A DNA stretch of 63,367 nt, the filler included, from Octopus bimaculoides (Eukaryota), in the NCBI RefSeq assembly GCF_001194135.2. It is 5 parts of 5 records of this genome, joined end to end, with 100 filler letters (N's around TTAATTAATTAA, not from the genome) between each part and the next. Parts side by side here need not be neighbours in the genome. Positions count along the whole stretch, not along the records: positions 49,981 to 60,459 come from NC_068997.1; positions 60,560 to 63,367 come from NC_068987.1; 3 more parts are not named here. One strand, written 5' to 3'. Under the pieces are notes generated by a model. The model saw only the letters and a list, made by a program, of their open reading frames with translations. It had not been told where the DNA came from and did no database searches. Below, in pieces: positions 53,040-63,367 of this stretch. Position 1 is the first letter of the stretch, and each line of letters begins with the position of its first letter. Position numbers and translations under genes: made by a program.

Positions 53040-53410
53040 TGTAATGTTACACAGACGTGCCATATTGAGTGACAGACACACCATATCGATCTCGTTGGCA
53101 GCCATTAGCTACTTGAGACCGGAGCAAGATCTCACAAACTTCCAGTGGGCATGCACACAATGGGACGGTAAGCCTTTCCGGAAGGACACCTATATAAGAC
53201 AGCTCTTGAGCGTGTTCACTCTCTGTTTCCGCATGTCTCTCATGCTAGAAGCAGCTCATCTCACTAGCAGCAACTCGCTACCTCACTCATACAACACGGC
53301 GAACGATACACTATGCTAGAGATGGTTAACGAGAGCCAAACTTCAAGCCTGTAAATAAATGTTATTCAGATTTGTTGTCTCACTTTGTCTTCGACTTGAT
53401 ACTTCATTTG
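53040..53410 (+). mobile_element. Possible solo LTR
   Basis: GC-richer 370-bp island starting TGT, with TATATAA at 53191, AATAAA at 53354 and CA ends downstream. No TSD found. Confidence 0.35.
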
Positions 53411-54299
53411 ACTGGATTTAAATTTATAATGGGAGACACAAGATATCCTACCAGTATCTTGGCCAACAATGGCCTCTCAAGCATATGAAAAGAGACTAAT
53501 ATGAAAATCAACAATTAAGCTTAAGAGATATCTCCCTTATTGACATCCTTAGAAGAAGTTGTCTACTAATTACTGGGATAATTTCAGCTGATCAATGTTT
53601 TCCAACTCACTATATACCATAACTGAAACCCTTCCATACATGTATTTATATATTATCAGATTTACAGATATAATTCTTGAATTACCTCAATTTTATGTTT
53701 TCCTGCATCCATTTCTTTATATCCTGAAAATAAAAAAAATGTAATTTGAATGTTTGAAGGAATGATGGTGTTCTGTTTGACATTAATTTTATTACACGAA
53801 GTCTCAAATTTTATAACAAATTATACCTTGAAGACATAAGTGATTACTAGTTGTATAGGACATAAATGAAGACATGATTATCTGGTGGTGATAATCCAAT
53901 CCATATTAACGCAGACACATGATTTCTTTTAATGTTATTTATAGTTTTTAGTAAGGTACACTGGAATATAAATAGATGGAATATGACATGGAATATGAAG
54001 GAATGAAATCATCTGGGTTGAAATAGAATTTCAACCAATTTAAATATGATGTAAACAGAATTTCAACCAATTTAAATAACTGTTTAAAACTTGTAAGCTA
54101 TGTCGAATTGTGAAATGTATACAATATCCCTCATATACTTTTAAAAAATGGCTAAAAAGAATGGAAAATGAGTATAGACAAAGAACAGTTGAATGATCCT
54201 GTTATTAAATATTTTGTAGCCCCCATGAAAATAAGTTGCAACTCCAGTCTTGTTAGACCTTTTAAAACCAATATTCTAAACTTTCTTTTTATCAAATTG

Positions 54300-54663
54300 C
54301 TAAAGAATGACCTCAGGACGTTGAAACTTTCAGACGAGATAAAGGACCTAGATACCTGGCGCCTTACTGTACTCAGGAAGACCCCCACACCTCAGCAGAA
54401 GCGATGAAGCCGCTTCCCCCGAAAGAGACGACTGTTCGGCAAAAGTCCTGTGCTGGTGGCAGGAAAACGTGCTCATGCAGTTCAACGTAAAAGCACCCAT
54501 CACACTTTGTAAAGTGGTTGGTGTTAGGAAGAACATCCAGCTGTAGAAACCATGTCAAATCAGACTAGAGTCTCGTGCAGCTCCCCAGCTTGCCAGCACT
54601 GATAAAACCGTTCAACTCACGCCATCATGGACAACGGACGTTAAATGATGATGGTGATAATGA
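54300..54663 (+). mobile_element. Very short RTE 3' fragment with 3' UTR and (GAT)n tail
   Basis: KNDLRTLKLSDEIKDLDTWRLTVLRKT parallels KHDL..CLTEAMTCDRDLWKYAVHEKT at 52.0-52.1 kb, then ggttggtgttaggaagaacatccagctgtagaaac and ggacgttaaatgatgatg. Confidence 0.8.
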
Positions 54664-55075
54664 TATATATATATATACATATGTGTGTGTGTGTGTGTGT
54701 GCATAAAGCTTTTTTGCGAACATAATGTTTACAATCCTGATTAGGACGAATGTTACTGTTATTTAGCCACAGGAAACATGGTCTCCAGCTGGCTAACGAC
54801 GCACCATTCTCTTTCAAACAAGGGAGCTTAGTGTCCCCACTCAGCACAAAGCAATATCTGTGTATCAATGTTTTCAGGCTTATTTCCCCTCATCAACATA
54901 GAATAACTGTTCGGCTAGAGGTGGCGACACTAGACACTTGTTCGATAGATATACTTTTCAAAGTGACATAAAATAACTGATGTAATAAATAGAGAAACTT
55001 ATTATTCTCTGAATGGGAAACATTCTAGACTACTGTTATTGAATGTTCAGGGATTTAAAAATAATAATAATAATG

Positions 55076-55128
<53 letters not shown>

Positions 55129-55510
55129 ATATCATGTAACCCCATTTCAAAATGTCATCCGATAATCACTCCGGAAAGGAATATTCGGATAGAATGGGGT
55201 CTGCCAAAACTAGGCCGTAACAGCTGTAAGATTAAACTTCTGTTCATCCTCTAATTCCTTATGTACTTTGTACTTCTATATGTAAACCATGTTGGCAAAA
55301 TAACATAGTCTGCCATGGACACCTGTGCTTTGGTTCTTTCTTTCTTTTTCTTTTCTTCCTCCCTTTGTCACTTTTGCTATGAATTAAATTAATGAATTCA
55401 ACGGGATACACCGTCTGCAAGTAGTTGGGTTCAGCATATTATCCTCCATTTTCTAATTGTTACACAAATTTTGGGTAAAACCTCCACTTTTACTTGCTCC
55501 NNNNNNNNNN

Positions 55511-55569
<59 letters not shown>

Positions 55570-56629
55570 ATATATGGCTCTACTGATATGAAAAGTAGTA
55601 TCTGATTCTACTAATATGTGATATAGTAGCTGCAAATACGAAAAGCAGTATTCAACCATACTAAAAGCAAAACTACTATACTGGCCATGATAATATAATA
55701 AATAGAAGCCTACTGTAAATATATAAAATATATAACACATATATATAGATCTACCAATAAGACAGTTCTACTAATTGGCAAAATAGTAGATGGCTCTTCT
55801 AGTCTGAAGAATAATAGTTTGGTCTACCAGAATAAAAAAAAATAGTAACTTGTACCAATGTGTGAAAATATATAAAAATATTCATAAACAAGATATACAA
55901 CATTCTTTTTATATAAATCCATTGATGAAATTCTCAACAAAGTATTCATCACAATTCAAGCAAACAGATCAAGCGAAAATAAAATATAGAAATATAAAAA
56001 GACTTACAATTCTTCGCCAAAACATATCAGGTGATCTGCAAAATCAGTAAATGAGAAAATTCCAGATTAGTAAAGTGAATTTGTCACGATGAGGCTAGTG
56101 TATAATATTTCAGTCTTTATCTTTAACTTAGCGAAGAAGAGAAGAAAAATTGTTTTTGCATGAAATGGAATAAAGGAAATGTAAAAGGAACTAAAATTCA
56201 AGGAATTATATGGCATTTGAAAAGTTATACTAAGAGAAAGTGATTCAGTCAGAGATGAGGGGTGAAAGGTAAGCAAAGAGTAAAGAAAGCTATGAATTTA
56301 GAAAGAGATAATTTCTCAGAGAAAGACAAGTAGAAATGTGATGAAAATTTCTAAGAGTGGTAGAAAAGGTGAAGAAAATTCTATGTGACTGAGGCAAGTG
56401 ACAAATATGAGGAATCAAACCTTAGAAAATAGATCTAGTCACTCACACACATATATATTTACAACTGTACCAATGTAAAATAGGTTACTAAATAAAAATA
56501 TGAAACCATATCCATGTATAATTAGTGTTTCTGTGAAATTATGTCCAACGAGGGATCAGCTATTTAGGATAAGAATCAAACTGAGCAGTTTCATAGATAC
56601 TTTGTGAATTCAACTAGATCCACAGAATC

Positions 56630-56848
56630 CATATGGCTATTATTCATTTCTACTCTAAGCACAAGGCACGACATTTTGGGGGAAAAGGCCAGTCCATTAG
56701 ATCGACCCCAGTACGCAACTGGTACTTAATTTATCAACCCCGAAAGGATGAGAGGCAAAGTCGACCTCTGCAGAATCTGAACTCAGAACGTAAAGACAGA
56801 CGAAATACCGCTAAGCATTTCGCCCGGCGTTTCTGCTTGCTCGCCGCC
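56630..56848 (-). mobile_element. Family A SINE with small internal deletion in the head
   Basis: Reverse complement ggcggcgagc...acgccgggcgaaatgcttagcggtatttcgtctg...ttctgagttcagattc...gaggtcgactttgcctctcatcctttcgggg. Confidence 0.85.
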
Positions 56849-57354
56849 TTGCAAACCCATAGTGTAGTAATCGTTATCCAGCCAACAACCTTTTGCTATT
56901 ATGCAAATCAGTTATGACTAGACACATGCATGTTTATATTTTAACAAATAACAAAGGTTTGATAAAACATAAAACGAAGTTAGTATATTAAATTAATTGG
57001 AAAATGAATAAATCATCAATGCTTCAATTATCAGCCGTTCCTTTTTAGGTAAAAAAGAGAGAAATTAAGAAAATACTGTGTCATTTCAGGGTATGATGGC
57101 AACAAACAGAGGAAGGGGGTTGATGGTATATATGGGTTTTAATAAAAGAAAGTGGAGAATTATTATTGTTGTTATTTGCGCAGGTCATCCCTGATTGAGG
57201 AGTCATACAATTCACAAATAACTTAGCAGACAAAGTATGAGCCACAAGTTCATTTTCCCAGTTATACCATGTCTTCATCTGAGACCAAGTATTCATGTAC
57301 ACGATCATCCTCATCAACATCATCCTCATCCTCATCCTCATCCTCCGCATCCTC

Positions 57355-57782
57355 CTTCTCATCATCCTCGTTTAATGTCCACATTCCACGCTAGCATGAG
57401 TTGTACAGTTTGATTGGAACTGCACCAAGCTTCTGTTTCTGCTCTGGCAACGTTTTCTTACGGCTGGATGCTCTTCTTAACACCAACCATCTAGCAAAGT
57501 GAACTGAGTGCATTTTACGTGGCACAAGCACAAGCAAGGTCAGTTTCGCATGGTTTTTATAGCTAGATGCCCTTCCAAACGCCAACCACTTTACAGTGTG
57601 TACTGGATGCTTTTTACGTGGCACCAGCACTGGCAGGATCACCAAGTAACTTGCAGGACAAAAATTGTTTGAGAGGGGAGGGGTAATGAAAGAGATGATT
57701 TTGTATTTGATGATGAAAGGTTATAGTGAGACAGAAAGGCAAACACAAGGGTATTGAAGTAGAGAGGGTACATGGTTGACCT

Positions 57783-57813
<31 letters not shown>

Positions 57814-58816
57814 GGGGAGAGAGAGAAGGGGAGAGAGAGTTGCCGGGCATACAAGGAACGAGGGTCAGAATATAAATAGGCTGGTAGAGTAAAGGAAGAG
57901 AGAGAGAGGGGGGGAGAGATAGTAGGAGACAGCAATAGTGCAAGTGAAAGCAAGTGAGAGAGAGAGAGAGACAGAGACAGAGAGAGAGAGAGAGAGAGAG
58001 ATGGTGCCAAAGTTACAGGGTATACAAGGAACGAGGATCAGAATATAGGCTGGTAGAGTAAAGGAAGAAAGAGAGAAAGAGAGAGAGAGAGTGGCAAGTG
58101 TCAGGATATCCTTGAGGCACGGAGGTCATAATATAAGTGGCATAGTATTGCCAAAGAAGCGTGAGAAGAGAGAGAGGGGTGGGGAATGCAGTGAGTTAAG
58201 AAAACCTGAGTATATAGAGGAGTTGGTGAGTCTACTGAATAGCAATGATACAGTGAAAATGGATGCGTGGAGAGGAGCGAGGAGTGAGAGATAAGCATGG
58301 TGCAGGAAAAAGGTGATGTAAGGAATAGAAGAGATGTAGTTTGATTTGTTGGAGTACGATGAGTGAAATGTCTTATTCTTACGTGTGTGTGGAACACAGC
58401 GCTTCTAGAACTCAGTTTTGGAGAAGTGGACGGGTTTTCTCAAGAACCTCATAATGCCAGATATCTCGATCCATTGTAATTTCTTCAGTGAGCCCCAACA
58501 TCTTGAGATTAGTCTTTACTACTTCATCCCTTATATTCCTAGGTCTCCCTCTTCCATGGGTACGATCCAATTTCAGTGATCGACACTTCTTTACCACAAG
58601 CTGTCTTCATATACATCACATGTCCAAACCAACATGTTCTTCTCCATTGCATGCTGCATTCGATTCCTCTTATGACCAACTTTTCTCTCAATACGCTTAC
58701 ATTTTGTCGCACACTGATGTTGCACTTCTCTCCAACCCACGCATGTCGTCTGCATTCATAGCCTATGTCTCACTACCAGGGAGTATAACCATTCGCACGC
58801 AAGCATCATATAATCG
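57355..58816 (-). mobile_element. RTE-clade LINE 3' fragment (ORF end 58816-58412) with probable long 3' UTR ending in the family (GAT)n tail
   Basis: Minus: RLYDACVRMVILPGSET*AMNA...KKCRSLKLDRTHGRGRPRNIRDEVVKTNLKMLGLTEE..DRDIWHYEVLEKT. Tail module at 57355-57655. Continuity of the middle is inferred. Confidence 0.7.
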
Positions 58817-58817
58817 A

Positions 58818-60459
58818 CTAGCAGTATAGCCCGGCGTTACCCGGGATTAAGCTAGGATTATGAAGTGTTGCATTTGGGATCTGGATTGGAGCAGCTTAGG
58901 AAAACTTACCACAGCCTTAACCAAAAAATAAGGGGCCTGTCCCTCTAGGTTAACTTTATGAGCAACTTAGCCAATCACTGATATCAGCCGAGTGAGCATT
59001 GTTGTTGGAGAAGTCAGCATTGTCCAATAAAAAAAAGTGGAAGAGTCCATAAGTCATGTTGCCATGGTTTGCGAATATGTCCAGCCAATGCTTCCGGATC
59101 ACTGTTTATAACCACATCGGCTGCAATGACAACTTGTCTATAAAACTTCGCTATAGACAACATTGTTCTGCCCTGAAGAGCATGCACAAAAAGAGCGTTT
59201 CTACTACCCACACGGGAGCAGGCCACATAAAGTTGCCCATGTGAAAAGCATGGCTCCCCCAAATGGATGCCTGCCACCGATAGTGTTTGGCCTTGGGATT
59301 TGTTGATGGACATGGCAAAGCATGGTCTCACCGGGAACTGCGATCTGCGGAAGTGAAATGGTATGTCTGACCCCGAGGGATAAAGGTGCATCCTTGAAAT
59401 GAAAACATTTTCACCTCTCCCGCACTCTGTAACAATGGTGGCCTCAATCAAGTGGGGCACCAGGGACTTAACTACGAAGCGGGTCCCGTTGCACAGTTTA
59501 GGCGGAAGCAAGTTTCTGATTAGTATAATTGGGCATCCAACCCTTAGCCTAAGTATGTGAGGTGGAAGCCCTGCTGGCTCCAATGAGTTGAGAAACTCGA
59601 TAGGGTAATTGACAATGTCTTGGGAGTCAGAGGTCCGGTCAATCGATTTGTAGATGCGCTCCTCACCCGGAATTCGGCCTATGAGCTGGTCATTGATAGC
59701 ACTGACAGCTACATTTTTGGGGGCCAGGATAGTTCTTTCACTGAGCCAATTAATGTCTGCATAGTTACTTTCCAGATTGGGGAACACTGTTTCCAAAAGT
59801 TCAGAAGGGTTGTCCACTGTGTTGCACAGTTCAGAGATGGCTATGTCGCCCTTATCATTCTTAGGAACCTTCCCTTCTCCAAGGGCTAAAATGTCTTCAG
59901 CAAATGCTGCAGACGTGCTATCACCAAGCAAGTGCGCACGCATGTTTGTGCTTAGGCTTAACATCTTAACCTGGAGCCACAACATGGATGACTTAAGGCA
60001 TGCACGCACTTCATCAGCCCTGGTTCCTTTAGGGATGACAGGAAGGGTTTGTCGGAAATCTCCTGAAAGCAATAGAGTTACACCACCCATAGAAGCTGTA
60101 GAATCCCTGATATCTTTCAGTGACCGGTCCAGTGCCTCAAGGGCACCCTCATTGGATTGTGCATTCGTCCCATACAATGAGACGGCACTGTCTAAGAACT
60201 TCAGCTTCCTCTGAATTTTTGCTAATATTGCAAGTAGGAACCTCGGCCCTCACCAAATCCAAAGGCAGCTTGAATGCCGAGTGTGCCATCCTACCTCCTG
60301 GCAATAACGTGGCAGCGATTCTCGAGGAGGCAACAGCTAGCGCAATTTGTTTCTCGCGACGAATCTTAGCAAGTATTAATCGTGTTACAAAGGATTTGCC
60401 GGTACCTCCAGGAGCATCGAGGAAAAAATGCCGCCCACTTGTTTTTCGACAGCACTGAC
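58818..60459 (-). mobile_element. Helitron 3' portion
   Basis: PIF1-type helicase coding remnant, then subterminal hairpin CCCGG-GTAACG-CCGGG (58830-58845), 8 nt, CTAG (58818-58821) followed by T. The 5' part is cut by the assembly spacer. Confidence 0.93.
59138..60458 (-). pseudogene. Helitron RepHel PIF1-like (SF1B) helicase domain, two frameshifts
   Basis: DAPGGTGKSF (Walker A, about 60392-60418), AVASSRIAATLLPGGRMAHSAFKLP, IVWDECT (Walker B), GDFRQTLPV, QFPVRPCFAMSINKSQGQTL, FSHGQLYVACSRV. Frameshift near 60155. Native end RT-NVVYSEVL* recovered by a second shift near 59165. Confidence 0.93.
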
Positions 60460-60559
60460 NNNNNNNNNNNNNNNNNNNNNNNNNNNNNNNNNNNNNNNNN
60501 NNNTTAATTAATTAANNNNNNNNNNNNNNNNNNNNNNNNNNNNNNNNNNNNNNNNNNNN
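60460..60559. other. Artificial assembly spacer
   Basis: 44 N + TTAATTAATTAA (60504-60515) + 44 N. Confidence 0.95.
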
Positions 60560-60864
60560 AACCCATGCTAGCATGGAAAGCGGACGTTAAACGATGATGA
60601 TGATGTTTCTAGCACGTCTCCAGATAACCCTTTCTCACTCTCGCATATATTGATGTTTCTCAATATTTTTCTCCCGATAAACACATTTATGCTATAAAAA
60701 TAAAATTTGAAAATTTATGATTTTTTTCTCAACCCCACAGCCCGCTCCTGATTGTTTCTGTTTATAATTTAAAATATTGGAGAGCCTGAGGTCATTTCTG
60801 GCATTCGTCCGCAGTGAGTTTAAAGAATAGATATGTAAAAGATAACTCAAACGGTACAAGACGG

Positions 60865-62465
60865 CTGGTACCTGTTAAAATTAAGGACAACAATACACAA
60901 GCCCTTCTTGACACAGGTTTTGACAGGACATATATAGAAGCAAATCTTCTTGGAGTCTGAGGATTACAATACAATTGTACCTGCCCAGAAAAAGTTAACT
61001 TGGCCAACAAACACAGCACTGGAGATAAAGGCAAATTCAGTAGCAAATTACAACTGGGAAATAACACTAATTTCCTTGTGTCCGACCACCTTGTAGCTCC
61101 AGTCATCATCGGAATCCATATCCTCAGTCAACACTCGGAAGTTACAATTGACTTCAAGGGCACGTTCAAATCTGTCATTCTGCATGTCCATGCCAAGCCT
61201 AAAATGCACTGCGTATGGACTACTGCCTGGCATAAAGACCTCTAAACTCAAACCAATTTCAACAACTTCAAGATGCAGTCCTAGAAACATAGAGTTTATT
61301 AAGCATGAAATAGACAGGTTACTTTTAGAGGACATAATTCAGAAAAGCCGTAGTCACTGGAAAGCTCAATGTGTTGTGACAGCTAATGGAAGGGGAAACA
61401 AAAAAAGACTGGTGATCAACTGCTCCAACACTATAAATATCTACAAATAACTGGATGCCTACCCTATCCCCCAGATCGATGATCTTCTAAATGAAGTAGC
61501 AGCAAACAAGATTTTCAGTAACATAGATATGACAGTTGCATATCGACAGATGGAACTCCTACCAAAAGACTATAAACTGACAGTGTTTGAAGCAGGGGGA
61601 AAACTGTAAGAGTTTAAACGCTTCCTATTTAGTTGTACCAACGCTGCATCAGTTTTCCAGCATGTCATGGATGAATTCATAAAAAGAAACAATCTTCAAA
61701 AAACCTTTGCCTATCTAAATGACATCATCATAGCTGGCAAAGATCATCATGAACATGATAACCTCAGCAGATTTATCCAAGCAGCCGAAATATCTGGCAT
61801 GACCATCAATAAGAACAAGAGAAGTAAATCAGCTTCCTTGGACATATTGGTATTTCAACAATAAAACCTAGCCCTAAAAGGTATCAAGCTCTACTAAATA
61901 TGCCAGAACCAAGAATATTGAGAGAACTAAATTGTATAATAGACATTTTTGCATGTTATGCAAAGTGGATACCTAAGTGCTCCAGATTCACCATTCCACT
62001 TACAAGAGCCAGAGAGAATATCAACAAAGCAGGACTGCCAGAAGAAGCTAAAGATAGCATTGGTAAATGCCATACTTGCCATTCCACAACCTGAAACACT
62101 GTTTACCATCGAAACAGATACTTCGGCCCTAACGTTGGGAGAGACAATATCACAATAAGGAAGGCCAGTGGCCTTTTATTCAAAGTGTTTTTAGAAAACA
62201 GAAAAAGACCAATCCATCGTTGAGAGAGAAGCCTGCGCAATCGTAGAATACTGTCGTAAATGGCGCCACTTAATATGTTTCTCCACACTGCAACATCATC
62301 ACCGATCGATTCTCGGTGGCAATGATCTTCAATAGGCAAGGGACATCAAAAATCAAAAACTTATATGCTGGTGCTTGGACTTCTCAGACATAAATCACAC
62401 AATCTCCTATAGACCAGGAACTCAAAACATAGCAGCAGACACGCTATCAAGATGTGCAGCAACAA
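60865..62465 (+). mobile_element. Decayed Ty3/Gypsy LTR-retrotransposon pol (protease-RT-RNase H)
   Basis: ALLDTG protease (60901-60918), KKRLVIN, DAYPIPQIDDLL, FSNIDMTVAYRQ, FSCTNAASVFQHVMD, YLND (61712-61723, from YLDD), IETDTS, RPVAFYS, EREACAIV, YRPGTQNIAADTLSR. Many stops and frameshifts. No LTR seen. Confidence 0.92.
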
Positions 62466-62616
62466 GAGATCCCCCCCTCCCCAAGGTCCCGAATTCATTG
62501 GAATTTTTTTTTTTTTNNNNNNNNNNNNNNNNNNNNNNNNNNNNNNNNNNNNNNNNNNNNNNNNNNNNNNNNNNNNNNNNNNNNNNNNNNNNNNNNNNNN
62601 NNNNNNNNNNNNNNNN

Positions 62617-62803
62617 CGCTTGACGGAATTGCTAAGCGATATTTCGTCCATCGCTACGTTTTGAGTTCAAATTCCACCAAGGTCAACATCGCCTTTCATC
62701 CTTTCGGGATCTATAAATTAAGTACCAGTGAAACACTAGGGTCGATGTAATCGACTTACTCCCCTCCCCCAAGCTGCCCTTGTGATAAAAATTTGAAATC
62801 ATT
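62617..62803 (+). mobile_element. Family A SINE (5' end in gap)
   Basis: ttttgagttcaaattccaccaaggtcaac...gcctttcatcctttcggg...taaattaagtaccag...ggtcgatgtaatcgact. Confidence 0.8.
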
Positions 62804-63367
62804 ATAATTTGTTACGACTTACACTACTTTTTGTGATGTAACTGCTGTGGTCACTATTATTACTACTACTGCTGCTGTCATTAATATTATCGTTGAGACT
62901 ACTATCGCTCCCATCCCCTGAAACAGTTTGTGTCAACCTTTCTCTTTATTTCTCTGTCCTGTGGTCATGGACTGATACATTCTTTTCTTCGCAGTCACTA
63001 ATTCTTGATTCTGCTGTATTCCTACAATGCCAAAAGTGCTCCACTGAAAGAAGGAAGAGAAAATACATGAATTACAAGCAAAACCTAATTCAATTGACCT
63101 ACTAAGCTCAACAGATAATAATGACTGACCTATATAATAGAAATAAAATATATTAAATCCTTGAGCCTATACATCAAGTCGGTTGCAGTAACACTGTATC
63201 AAGTAAATTTTTTTTTGTTGCATAATCGTATTAATTCCATTATGCAGAAGACAGAATCAAAAGAATTTGCGAAAATTCGTAAAAAATAAAATAAGTTATG
63301 GGGGGTTTTAGCACGCGCTTACATTATAACTCTTCTTATCTATTTATCTATATGTATGTTTGTGTGT

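Noticed and set aside
54019-54080. 22-bp direct repeat agaatttcaaccaatttaaata with a 10-bp spacer, and 12-bp repeats at 40428-40470
   Set aside because: Only two to four units with short non-unique spacers. These are local slippage duplications, not a CRISPR array.

Overview
AT-rich, microsatellite-saturated eukaryotic DNA. The SINE families and repeat landscape look like an octopus genome, which is my inference from recalled repeat consensus. Four identical 100-bp spacers (44 N + TTAATTAATTAA + 44 N) split the window into five separately assembled segments, so adjacency across them is not evidence. I found no intact host protein-coding gene, and most ORF-track entries are microsatellite or N-gap artefacts. 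Recognisable content is almost all mobile-element derived: a Helitron 3' half (PIF1-type helicase, hairpin + CTAG end), a decayed Ty3/Gypsy pol, several RTE-clade LINE fragments (one with a 20-bp TSD, one fossil ending in three C2H2-like fingers), a CR1-like fragment, tRNA-derived SINEs and two MITE-like elements. The most interesting structure is at 9.4-10.9 kb. It is a 5'-truncated Penelope-like element (GIY-YIG remnant missed by the ORF track) between inverted pseudo-LTR arms. It carries a variant minimal hammerhead-ribozyme motif and has telomeric repeats just past its 3' end. A second copy of the hammerhead-bearing segment lies at 29.5-29.7 kb. A CpG-rich stretch at 47-48.2 kb may be a promoter or first exon.
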